From an uncultured bacterium (GTDB taxonomy: Bacteria > Patescibacteriota > Minisyncoccia > Minisyncoccales > CBDVAW01), in the NCBI GenBank assembly GCA_965372095.1, contig CBDVAW010000003.1:1-32101 (forward strand): a stretch of DNA of 32,101 nucleotides. The letters run 5' to 3'. The notes beneath the pieces were generated by a model. It saw nothing but the letters and a program-made list of their open reading frames with translations, was not told where the DNA came from and did no database searches. Positions 8,968 to 17,388 of this stretch are shown here, piece after piece. Each line of letters opens with the position of its first letter. The first letter of the stretch is position 1. Made by a program: the position numbers and the translations under genes.

Positions 8968-9366
8968 CTATCTCTGAATATTTAATCCGCTAAAAAACCT
9001 GCTCCAAAAACCTTCTTTGACTTTTTCCGTTTGCTCGTCTTTTTTTTGTTCCGGAGGAAGAACGGTAATAACTTCTTCGCCGGGCTTTTTAAGATTAAAT
9101 CTTTCGCGCGCGACTGATTCTATATAATCATGGTGAATGGATTCGGAAATGCCTTCTTCCAGTTGCCAATTGATTTCTTCTAATATCCGTATTTCCTTTT
9201 TCAAGGCTTCAATTTGAGAATAATGATCCGATCTTTTTTGAAAAATTTTAAAATTGGAAATCGTTAGCCAACCTATTAGTAGCAATACCGTCGTTATCCC
9301 AAAAATAAGAGAAATATTATGGTTTGCTTTTTTTTTCTTTCTAATTTTTCTAAATATTGCTACCAT
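8968..9366 (-). CDS. ftsB: Septum formation initiator (FtsB/DivIC family)
   Basis: Single TM, coiled coil, YIESVARERFNLKKPGE motif. Confidence 0.85.
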   Translation of the reverse strand: MVAIFRKIRKKKKANHNISLIFGITTVLLLIGWLTISNFKIFQKRSDHYSQIEALKKEIRILEEINWQLEEGISESIHHDYIESVARERFNLKKPGEEVITVLPPEQKKDEQTEKVKEGFWSRFFSGLNIQR

Positions 9367-9372
9367 TTATAT

Positions 9373-9471
9373 ATGACTAAAATAAAACCTAAAAAGATAA
9401 TAAGAATCCTTTGGATTATTATGATAAGCTTGGTTTTATTGGGAATGATAGTATTCTCAATACCGCTATAA
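9373..9471 (+). CDS. Small single-TM protein, 32 aa (MTKIKPKKIIRILWIIMISLVLLGMIVFSIPL)
   Basis: Translated by hand: basic N-terminus plus one hydrophobic helix. Extended -10 TGC-TACCAT lies 6 nt upstream of the ATG. Confidence 0.6.
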   Translation: MTKIKPKKIIRILWIIMISLVLLGMIVFSIPL

Positions 9472-9573
9472 GGTTCTTGGCCGTTAAATGAACAAGGGAT
9501 TCTATACTGTAGACATTGCCTGAATTGTATTTATCATAATGGACTTTTTACAGTATGGCAATATTTCTGTTTC

Positions 9574-9603
9574 TTAAAACCCGCTTTAATTGGCGGGTTT
9601 TAA
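9574..9603. terminator. Bidirectional terminator after lepA
   Basis: TTAAAACCCGC-tttaattg-GCGGGTTTTAA. Confidence 0.7.
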
Positions 9604-9605
9604 AA

Positions 9606-11405
9606 TTATTTTTTAAACATTTCTAAAAATACTTCATGCGGAATTTTTACTTTCCCTCTGCCCTTCAATTTCTGTTTTCCTTTCTTTTGCTTTTCTAAAA
9701 GTTTTCTTTTTCTCGTATAATCCCCTCCGTACAAAGAGGCAATAACATCTTTCCCCTTAGAGCTGATAGTCTCTCGGGCAACAATTGTGCCGCCGACAAT
9801 CGCCTGTAGCGCAACGGAAAAAAGCTGATTGGGTAAAACCTCCTTAAGTCTTTTTACCAAAGCTCTCCCGTCTTGGCTGATTTTATCCTTTGGGACAATC
9901 TTGGAAAAAGCTTCTTCTTTTTCCCCGGCTATCAATACTTCCATTTTAACTAAATCTCCTTCTCTATATCCTATGTTCTTATAGCTCATAGAAGCATAGC
10001 CTTGTGTCGCTCCTTTCAATCTATCATAAAAGCCGGTGATAATCTCTCTTAATGCCACCTCATAAGACAAAAGGAGCCTGTCGGAACTGATATAGCTTGT
10101 TCCGATATTTTTTCCGGAAAGATTGTTAACCACCTCCATTGTTTTCCCCCAATAGGCAGTCGGGGTAACAATTTCTATCCTTACCCAGGGCTCATAAGCA
10201 GTATTGATCTTGTCCGCGGACGGCCAATCCGTCGCTGAATAAATAAAATTTTCTTTATCTTTCTTGTCAATAATTTTATATACAACAGACGGTGTGGAAA
10301 TGACTAATTCTATGCCAAATTCTCTCCGGATTCTTTCAGTAATGATCTCTGCATGCAACATCCCCAAAAAGCCGCACTTAAACCCCTGCCCAAGAGTTTT
10401 TTTGAAATCCGTTTCAAATGACAGCGCGGCATCATTGAGTTTTAATTGAGAAAGCGCTTTTTTGAGAGTTTCGTAATCTTTCGGATCACGCGGATAAATA
10501 CTGGCGAAAACAACTCTTTGCGGCTCCTTATAGCCGGGAAGAGGATCTTGCGATTCTATTTCCCGGGATGAAGACATAATAGTATCCCCGACTCTAATCT
10601 TATTTATCTCTTTAATCCCCGTGGCTATATAGCCGATTTCCCCCGCGAGTATTTCTTTTTGGGCTGTCAGCGCCGGCTTGAAGTACCCTATCTCCTTAGT
10701 TTCTGTTTCGGCGTTAAACGCAAAAAGCTTTATTTTTTCGCCTTGGCTTATTTTTCCCTCCACTATGCGAACGTAAGCAATTACTCCCTTATATGAATCA
10801 TAGTGAGAATCAAAAATTAAAGCTTTCAGTGGAAGCTCTTTTCCCTCCAAATCCGGAGGAGGAATATTGGCAATAACCGCTTCTAAGACTTTCTCTATAT
10901 TAATCCCGTCTTTAGCCGAAATAGCTATAATCTCTTCGGGAGAAATTTTTAATAATGCCGCTAACTCGCTTTTTGCTTCTTCTACTCTTGCTTGAGGCGA
11001 GTCAATCTTATTGATAACCGGTATAATTGTAAGCTTTTGCTCCTTAGCAAAATCCAGACAAGAAAGAGTTTGGGCTTGAATCCCCTTGGTCGCATCTACC
11101 AATAAAATAGCTCCTTCAACGGCCGCCAACGCCCTGGAAACCTCATATGAAAAATCAGCATGCCCGGGAGTGTCTATTAAATTGAAAATATATATTTGGC
11201 TTTTCCATTGATACGACATTCTAACCGGTTGCATTTTAATGGTAATGCCTTTTTCTTTTTCCAATTCCATAAGATCTAAATATTGGGAACTCATTTTGCT
11301 CTTTTCAACCGTTCCCGTTAATTCCAAAAAACGGTCAGCTAATGTTGACTTGCCGTGATCAATATGACTGATAATGACAAAATTGCGCGTAAGAGATGGG
11401 TTCAT
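9606..11405 (-). CDS. lepA: Translation elongation factor 4 (LepA)
   Basis: HIDHGKSTLADR, DTPGH, NKID, GFLGMLH, YGGDYTRKRKLLEKQKKGK. Confidence 0.98.
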   Translation of the reverse strand: MNPSLTRNFVIISHIDHGKSTLADRFLELTGTVEKSKMSSQYLDLMELEKEKGITIKMQPVRMSYQWKSQIYIFNLIDTPGHADFSYEVSRALAAVEGAILLVDATKGIQAQTLSCLDFAKEQKLTIIPVINKIDSPQARVEEAKSELAALLKISPEEIIAISAKDGINIEKVLEAVIANIPPPDLEGKELPLKALIFDSHYDSYKGVIAYVRIVEGKISQGEKIKLFAFNAETETKEIGYFKPALTAQKEILAGEIGYIATGIKEINKIRVGDTIMSSSREIESQDPLPGYKEPQRVVFASIYPRDPKDYETLKKALSQLKLNDAALSFETDFKKTLGQGFKCGFLGMLHAEIITERIRREFGIELVISTPSVVYKIIDKKDKENFIYSATDWPSADKINTAYEPWVRIEIVTPTAYWGKTMEVVNNLSGKNIGTSYISSDRLLLSYEVALREIITGFYDRLKGATQGYASMSYKNIGYREGDLVKMEVLIAGEKEEAFSKIVPKDKISQDGRALVKRLKEVLPNQLFSVALQAIVGGTIVARETISSKGKDVIASLYGGDYTRKRKLLEKQKKGKQKLKGRGKVKIPHEVFLEMFKK

Positions 11406-13105
11406 TCTATTTTTTCGCCCGCGCCTTCCTTTATTTCCGGCAAAACCTTGGAAGGAGTAACGGTTCTTGTTTTTTTAAAAAAGGATGTTAGACGGGAATA
11501 AAAAATAATGGCTTCAGGTAATTTCATATTTCTTGCCGTAAAAAAATAAATAAAAAATCCTATTAAAGATACTGCCAGAGTTTGGACAAAAAGCCCAAAA
11601 CCCGTATGTGTATTAACTGCTTCCTCTATGGCAAATAGAGAAGGATAAATAAATAAAGCCATTAACACGGTGGCCAGAGAAATTTTAAAAAAGGAGTTGC
11701 TAATTTCTTTAATCCGGAAATCCCCAATCTTTTTATATAAAAAGATTAGCAATAAAATTAATTGAAAAATACCGGACAAAGAAATGGCAAGCGGAAGACC
11801 TATGATTGTTATACTGGAAATTTTTTCCAAATCCAAGAATGCAGATAAAAAATTGCTAAAAGCATTAACTGATTTGAGCAGGCTGACAAGCCAAAAAGAG
11901 AGAAAAATATTCATACTCACGGTAGCAACTCCAATCAAGAGAGGCGTTTTAGTATCATGGAGAGAGAAAAACACACGAGACAAAAAAGGAATAAGGCTGT
12001 AAGCAAAAATTCCGAAGCAAAAAAGACCGAGACAAGCTGTTGTCAGCTGCGTGTCTTCCCACCCGAATTTCCCCGTTCCAAGAATAAGCCTCACTATTTG
12101 CGCTCTCAATAAAAACATTAAAACGCTAATGGGAACTACCAGAAAAAGCGTTTGTCTAAAAGCGGAAGATAAATTGTTAAGAAATTTATCTTTTGCTTTT
12201 TCAGCCCAGCTTTTAGCTAAAAAAGGATAGGCTGCAACGGCAAAAGAAGCTCCAATAACGCCAACCGGGATAGATCCAAGGTGATCTGAAAAATTAAAAA
12301 CAGCAATACTCCCGGCTCCCAAAGTGGAAGCAATTGCCGTAACAACTATTAAATTTATATGAAATATCGCGGCGCTGATACTGCGAGGCACCATTAATTT
12401 AAAAATCTTTTTTAGACCGGGACATTTGAAATCAAAAATAACTTTATAATTCAATCCTGTGTTAAAAACAGCAGGCATTTGGATCAGACAGTGCAGTAAA
12501 GCGCCTAAAACCACTCCGTACGCAAGCCCTTGAAGCTTAAAAGAAGGCTCTAAAAATAGAATGCCGAAGATAATGCCCAAATTATATAAAATAGGAGCCA
12601 TTGCATAGACTAAAAAACGACGAAAGTATTGTAAAATTCCCGCAAAAATATTGGAAATGGCAAAAAAGATAGTGCTTAAAAACATTATCCTTGTTAGAAT
12701 AACCGTTGAATGTTGGGCACTAAGATCAAATCCCGGAGCAATATATTTAATTAAAAAAGGGGTTGCAAAAAACAAGACTCCGCAAACAACCGCCATCATC
12801 ATAAAAAAACTATTAAGGACGATATTCGCCAACCTCCAAGCCTCATCTTTGTCTTTCTCAAAATATTTAGAAAAAACGGGCAAAAAAGCCGCGATAATAC
12901 CCCCTGAAATCAGAAGCCCGAAAACTAAATTAGGTATTCTGAAGGCGGCATAATAAATATCCAAATATTCTCCCGCTCCAAATCGGCCGGCTAAAAGCCT
13001 GTCACGAATAAGCCCGAGAAGAGCGCTAACAAGGCTTGAGGCCGCTAAAATATAGGCAGCCAAAGTAATATTTTTAGCCTGATTATTAAAAAGGCTTTTA
13101 ATCAT
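11402..13105 (-). CDS. murJ: Lipid II flippase MurJ (MviN)
   Basis: LGLIRDRLLA..FGAG..LD.YYAAFRIPN, AAFLPVF, DTKTP, about 14 TM segments. Confidence 0.95.
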   Translation of the reverse strand: MIKSLFNNQAKNITLAAYILAASSLVSALLGLIRDRLLAGRFGAGEYLDIYYAAFRIPNLVFGLLISGGIIAAFLPVFSKYFEKDKDEAWRLANIVLNSFFMMMAVVCGVLFFATPFLIKYIAPGFDLSAQHSTVILTRIMFLSTIFFAISNIFAGILQYFRRFLVYAMAPILYNLGIIFGILFLEPSFKLQGLAYGVVLGALLHCLIQMPAVFNTGLNYKVIFDFKCPGLKKIFKLMVPRSISAAIFHINLIVVTAIASTLGAGSIAVFNFSDHLGSIPVGVIGASFAVAAYPFLAKSWAEKAKDKFLNNLSSAFRQTLFLVVPISVLMFLLRAQIVRLILGTGKFGWEDTQLTTACLGLFCFGIFAYSLIPFLSRVFFSLHDTKTPLLIGVATVSMNIFLSFWLVSLLKSVNAFSNFLSAFLDLEKISSITIIGLPLAISLSGIFQLILLLIFLYKKIGDFRIKEISNSFFKISLATVLMALFIYPSLFAIEEAVNTHTGFGLFVQTLAVSLIGFFIYFFTARNMKLPEAIIFYSRLTSFFKKTRTVTPSKVLPEIKEGAGEKIE

Positions 13106-13120
13106 TTTGAGAGTAAAAAA

Positions 13121-13822
13121 TTATGAAGTCTTCTTTCTTATTATTATGATGGGAGTTTGTTCATTTCCTTGCCCGGCCGGATTATCTTTAAGAATATTCA
13201 AAAGCATAGTGTCTTTTCCTTGGAGATCGGGGCTTTTCCCAATAATATTTCCTCCCAAATCATTAATATCGGCCACTACCGCGGAAAATCCATATTGTTC
13301 TTTCAAATGTTCGCAGAGCCTGTCGGGATTTTCAGATCCTAATATCCCCATTTCTGCGTAAAGAGGAAACGCCTCTCCGTAAAAACCGTCCAGTCGGCTT
13401 ATTTGATTTCCCGCAATCCTATAGAAAACGCCTGAAACGCCGAAAAGTTTGGTTATGCACCCGCAAAAACCGGCTAATAAAATCCTTCCCAATCCTGCCG
13501 TATTAATCGCCACCTGCATCTTTAACGGATTGCCTACGGAAAACCCATATGGAGTTTTTTTAACAAATCTGGAAAGGATCTTGGCGCAACAACCAACGAT
13601 AATATCTTTTTTATAAATAACCCTATTCTGCGCCAAGGAAATTATTTTTTCTCCGAAAACCACGATATCGGATTCTTTAACCAAGGGCAGGATATATTTC
13701 TCAACGACATCCTCTATTTTTTCTCCCGGACCGATAAAACGGGTTTTAACCGGATAGCGAAGCCAATCCGTATTATTAACCGTTATAACAAGTTTTTTCC
13801 CGGGATTAGCATTAAGAGACAT
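13121..13822 (-). CDS. CofE-like (F420-0:gamma-glutamyl ligase family) protein
   Basis: DIVVFGEKIISLAQ, VVADIND, DNPAGQGNEQTPIIIIR motifs. Confidence 0.8.
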   Translation of the reverse strand: MSLNANPGKKLVITVNNTDWLRYPVKTRFIGPGEKIEDVVEKYILPLVKESDIVVFGEKIISLAQNRVIYKKDIIVGCCAKILSRFVKKTPYGFSVGNPLKMQVAINTAGLGRILLAGFCGCITKLFGVSGVFYRIAGNQISRLDGFYGEAFPLYAEMGILGSENPDRLCEHLKEQYGFSAVVADINDLGGNIIGKSPDLQGKDTMLLNILKDNPAGQGNEQTPIIIIRKKTS

Positions 13823-13868
13823 ATTTCAATATCCTTATTCTAATATTTCTTTCGTTGTTTTACAAACT

Positions 13869-13890
13869 AAAATTCCGCTCGGGAGCGGAA
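13869..13890 (-). terminator. Terminator of rnpB
   Basis: TTCCGCT-cccg-AGCGGAA-TTTT on the minus strand just past the rnpB 3' end. Confidence 0.6.
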
Positions 13891-13898
13891 ATAAAAAG

Positions 13899-14552
13899 GC
13901 TCAAGCAGACGATAAGCCGAATTTTGTCCCCAAATTTTGGGGGGTAATCATCTCTCTGTGCGATCTACTTTTTTCTTTACCGTCTTAACGGCAAAGATTT
14001 GATCTTGCACCAGGTAGGGTTTACCACATCAGAACGTTGCCGCCTGATGAGGGGAATTTTATTTCCCCACTTTTCACCTTAGCCTTCTCAACTTTTTAGC
14101 CTTTAGAGTGCGGGATTCAAACCAGAGTCAATTTAGCGGAAAGAATTTGGGCAAGGTTCAAGATGCGAGGAGCGTAATGTATCCATAGGACACATAAGCA
14201 ACGAGCAACAAAGAAGATTACCCGAATTCTTTCCGCCCGAAGGGAAGCGAAATAATGGGTCAATCCCTTCGTCACTTCTCCTCAAGGTATTAATCCTTAA
14301 TACCTTTTCGTCGTCGTTTCTTAAACTTAATCCATTATTTCATTCCTAAACTTGATTCTGGTTTGAATCCCACACTCTTTAGGGCTAAATTGATGCGATT
14401 GGCTGTTTAGTCTCTGTGACACTTTCCCTAGGATCACTCCCGGTCGCCGTTAGCGACTACCTACTTCCCGCCTTAATGACGGGGGTGTTCGGACTTTCCT
14501 CTACTATCCTCGCTTAAAGCAAGTATAGCAGCGATTACCTGTCTACTTGAGC
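13899..14552 (-). ncRNA. rnpB: RNase P RNA, 654 nt because of an insertion in P12
   Basis: P1 GCTCAAGTAGAC/GTCTGCTTGAGC, GAGGAAAGTCC, GGAAAGTGTCACAGA, GGTGAAA, GGTAAACCC..GTGCAA and ACAAAATTCGGCTTAT, all in the expected order. Confidence 0.96.
14106..14377. mobile_element. MITE-like palindromic element (272 bp) inside rnpB P12
   Basis: About 31-bp imperfect terminal inverted repeats (GAGTGYGGGATTCAAACCAGARTCAA...), TTTA on both flanks (14102-14105 and 14378-14381), no transposase ORF. Confidence 0.8.
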
Positions 14553-14558
14553 ATTAAT

Positions 14559-14587
14559 ATTCTAACAGAAAAAAAACGTGTTGTCAA
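14559..14587 (-). promoter_or_regulatory. rnpB promoter
   Basis: TTGACA, 17 nt, TGn-TAGAAT. The predicted +1 coincides with the first base of P1 (14552). Confidence 0.85.
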
Positions 14588-14590
14588 TCA

Positions 14591-15046
14591 CTAAAACATT
14601 TCCCGGTTTCTGTTGATATTGTCTAAAGCTTCATTCACCAAGCTATCCGCTTCTTTATTTTTTTCTCTTGGGATATGCGTGATATTAACGCTTTTAAAAT
14701 CCAGCTTAAGATTCCAGACCGTTAAAAACAAACATTGAATTTTAGAATCCAAAACCTTATATTGTCCGTTTAATTGTTTGGCTATCAGTTCAGAATCTGT
14801 TTTTACTTCAATATTCATTTTCTTAGCTGTTTGTTTCCCAAAAAGAGCTTTGATTTTCTTTAAAGCGAAAATCACGGCCTTATATTCAGCCTCATTGTTA
14901 GTTGCTATCCCCAAACGTTCACAATATTTTCCTAAAACACCTTTATCAGAAGAAATAACCACTCCTATGGCGGCTTGCCCCGGATTGCCTCTTGACCCGC
15001 CATCAGTATAAACAATGATATTAGTTATGGATTTATCGTATTTCAT
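14591..15046 (-). CDS. rnhA: Ribonuclease HI family protein
   Basis: YTDGGSRGNPG, TNNEAEY, TDSEL, REKNKEADSL. Confidence 0.93.
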   Translation of the reverse strand: MKYDKSITNIIVYTDGGSRGNPGQAAIGVVISSDKGVLGKYCERLGIATNNEAEYKAVIFALKKIKALFGKQTAKKMNIEVKTDSELIAKQLNGQYKVLDSKIQCLFLTVWNLKLDFKSVNITHIPREKNKEADSLVNEALDNINRNREMF

Positions 15047-16212
15047 ATTTTTATTCTTTTGTTAAAATATTCAATTAAGCGTTGTTTAAGTTTCCCCAAG
15101 TCATCATTTTTAACGGAAAAGCCGGCCGCTTGAGGGTGGCCCCCAAACACTTGAAGAATATCGCTGCAATAAAGCATAGCATCTATCAGGTTTATCCCCG
15201 ACGGAGCCCTTGCCGAACCACGGCTTTCTTTTTCTCTTTTTTTATATATAAAGGCCGGCTTATTGTTTTTATTACAAAGGACTGATGCTATTATTCCCAA
15301 CGACATCATTGGCCATGAAGATCTTCCTTCAAAAATAACGGGCGACTCGGAAAAATCAAGAGATATTGCCTCTTTTAATATTTCTTTTACCAGACTTTTA
15401 TTATTTTTTCTCCTGTCAATCAAAATATTCGCCAAGACAACGGCTTTCTCCGGAGATTTTTCAACTAAAAGCGAAAAAGCCTCGTTAATATGGTTTTTAG
15501 TTCCGGCGGCATTAAGCGGAGAAATAATTTTATTCCTAATATCCTCTATCCCGTCTTGAAAATCCGTTGCGTCTATTAGCGCCCTAAGGCCTATTCTTTC
15601 AGTATATTTCAAAGCGGCAACCCCTTCTTTAATAAGCGCTTTATTTTCATTTTTTATGGGCATCATATCAGACAAAGTCGCGATAGCCACTAATTCTAAA
15701 AATTTCTCGGGCTGATATATTACGCCTTCTTTCTGAAGAAGCAATTTGACCAATTTATAAACAATAGCCGTATTCGCGAGTTGCTTGAAGGGATATTTAT
15801 CACCTTTTTGACAAGGATTCACTATAATGGAAGCATTGGGCAGTTTCGGAAGAGTTTTATGATGATCAATAATAATCACTTCTATGCCTGTTTTTTGAAC
15901 AGCCGCCACTTCTTTAATATTGGTTATGCCGCAATCCACCATTATTAATAAATCCGGCGGTTCTTTTTCTAAGTATTCAACCGCTTCTTCGTTTAATCCG
16001 TAGCTTTCTTCCTCTCTGTCCGGGAAATAAACCTCAACGCCGGAATGCTCTAAGATATTTAGTGTTTCTTTCAAGAGAATAACGCTGGCCGCCCCGTCAG
16101 GGTCAGAATCTCCGTAAAGAATGATTTTCTCCTTTTTTTGCACAGCCCCGGAAATTCTTTTTACCGCTTTTAGCATTCCTTTCATCAATAAAGGATTGTG
16201 TTGAATTCGCAT
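15043..16212 (-). CDS. recJ: RecJ-like DHH/DHHA1 phosphoesterase (ssDNA exonuclease), short form
   Basis: YGDSDPDG, VDCG, IDHH, IATLSDMMP, GSAR, GGHPQAAG. Confidence 0.85.
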   Translation of the reverse strand: MRIQHNPLLMKGMLKAVKRISGAVQKKEKIILYGDSDPDGAASVILLKETLNILEHSGVEVYFPDREEESYGLNEEAVEYLEKEPPDLLIMVDCGITNIKEVAAVQKTGIEVIIIDHHKTLPKLPNASIIVNPCQKGDKYPFKQLANTAIVYKLVKLLLQKEGVIYQPEKFLELVAIATLSDMMPIKNENKALIKEGVAALKYTERIGLRALIDATDFQDGIEDIRNKIISPLNAAGTKNHINEAFSLLVEKSPEKAVVLANILIDRRKNNKSLVKEILKEAISLDFSESPVIFEGRSSWPMMSLGIIASVLCNKNNKPAFIYKKREKESRGSARAPSGINLIDAMLYCSDILQVFGGHPQAAGFSVKNDDLGKLKQRLIEYFNKRIKI

Positions 16213-16227
16213 ATAATATACTGGGGG

Positions 16228-17388
16228 TTAATGTTTTTTCAAAGCCTCAATGCCGGGCAATTTTTCTCCGCTAAGAAATGCGAGTAAAGCCCCTCCACCT
16301 GTAGAGATATGGCTAATGTCTCCTTTTAGCCCAAGCCCCGATAATAATTCAATTGTTTCGCCGCCGCCAACCATGGAAAAGCCTTCATTCTCGGCAATCT
16401 CTCTGGCAATAGATTCAGAGCCCCCCGCGAATTTTGTATTTTCAATCAATCCAACCGGTCCATTCCAAAAAATAGTTTTCGCTTTCTTTATGTGATTTTT
16501 AAATATTTTTACGGTCTCGGGGCCTATATCAAAAATGGACTCGTCTTTCTTTACGGAGTGAATATCTCTGATTTTAAATATTGCCGTTTTATTGTTTTTC
16601 GCCGTTATAAAATCCACGGGTAAAATTAATTTTTCAGAATTTACCGATAATTTCTTATCTAATCTGAATTCCGCATCTATGACAGATGATCCTATGAAGA
16701 TATCTTTGGCTTTTAAAACAGTGTTCGCCAAGACCCCTCCCAAAAGCAGATAATCACAGCATTGCATCATCTTATTGAGTAGTTTTATTTTTGTTTTAAC
16801 CTTAGATCCTCCCATAATCACAACCATTGGACGACTGGGGTTATCGGTAATTTTTGAAATGGTTTTTATTTCTTTTTCCAGCAGAAAACCCGCCCCGGAA
16901 GGCAAATATTGCGGCACTCCCGACACGGAAGCATGGGCTCTATGGCAAACGGAAAAAGCGTTATTAATATAAATATCGCCTAACATAGATAACGCTTTGG
17001 CAAATTCGGCATCGTTATCTTTCTCTTGCTTACAAAATCTTAGGTTCTCTAAAAATAAAATTTCTTGCTCTTGCATTTTATGCGTCCAATCTTCAATGTC
17101 TTTACCAACACAGCCGGGGGCTTTTACTATTGAAACATCTAATAACTCCATTAACCTGTCTTGGATAGGATCTATTTTGAGGCTTTCAACTTTTTTTCCG
17201 CCGGGCCGGCCCAGGTGTCCCATAAGTATAATCTTGGCGTCTTTTTCCAATAAATATTTAATGGTTGGAAGCGCCGCTTTAATTCTAAAATCGTCTAATA
17301 TCTCTCCTTGTTTGTTCAGAGGAACATTAAAATCAACTCTCACTAAAACTCTTTTACCTTTAAACTTAAAGCTTTTTAATGTTTTCAT
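16228..17388 (-). CDS. pgk: Phosphoglycerate kinase
   Basis: RVDFNVP, HLGRP, LENLRF, WNGPVG, HISTGGGA. Confidence 0.98.
   Translation of the reverse strand: MKTLKSFKFKGKRVLVRVDFNVPLNKQGEILDDFRIKAALPTIKYLLEKDAKIILMGHLGRPGGKKVESLKIDPIQDRLMELLDVSIVKAPGCVGKDIEDWTHKMQEQEILFLENLRFCKQEKDNDAEFAKALSMLGDIYINNAFSVCHRAHASVSGVPQYLPSGAGFLLEKEIKTISKITDNPSRPMVVIMGGSKVKTKIKLLNKMMQCCDYLLLGGVLANTVLKAKDIFIGSSVIDAEFRLDKKLSVNSEKLILPVDFITAKNNKTAIFKIRDIHSVKKDESIFDIGPETVKIFKNHIKKAKTIFWNGPVGLIENTKFAGGSESIAREIAENEGFSMVGGGETIELLSGLGLKGDISHISTGGGALLAFLSGEKLPGIEALKKH

Noticed and set aside
8795-8977. 60-aa ORF
   Set aside because: Antisense to tRNA-Gly.
11424-11455. CCTTCC...GGAAGG hairpin in the murJ C-terminal tail as another in-frame repeat
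   Set aside because: Short stem with no second copy in the window, so it cannot be separated from chance.
14106-14377. Group I/II intron in rnpB
   Set aside because: No P7 or domain V motifs seen. Terminal inverted repeats and a flanking duplication fit a MITE better.
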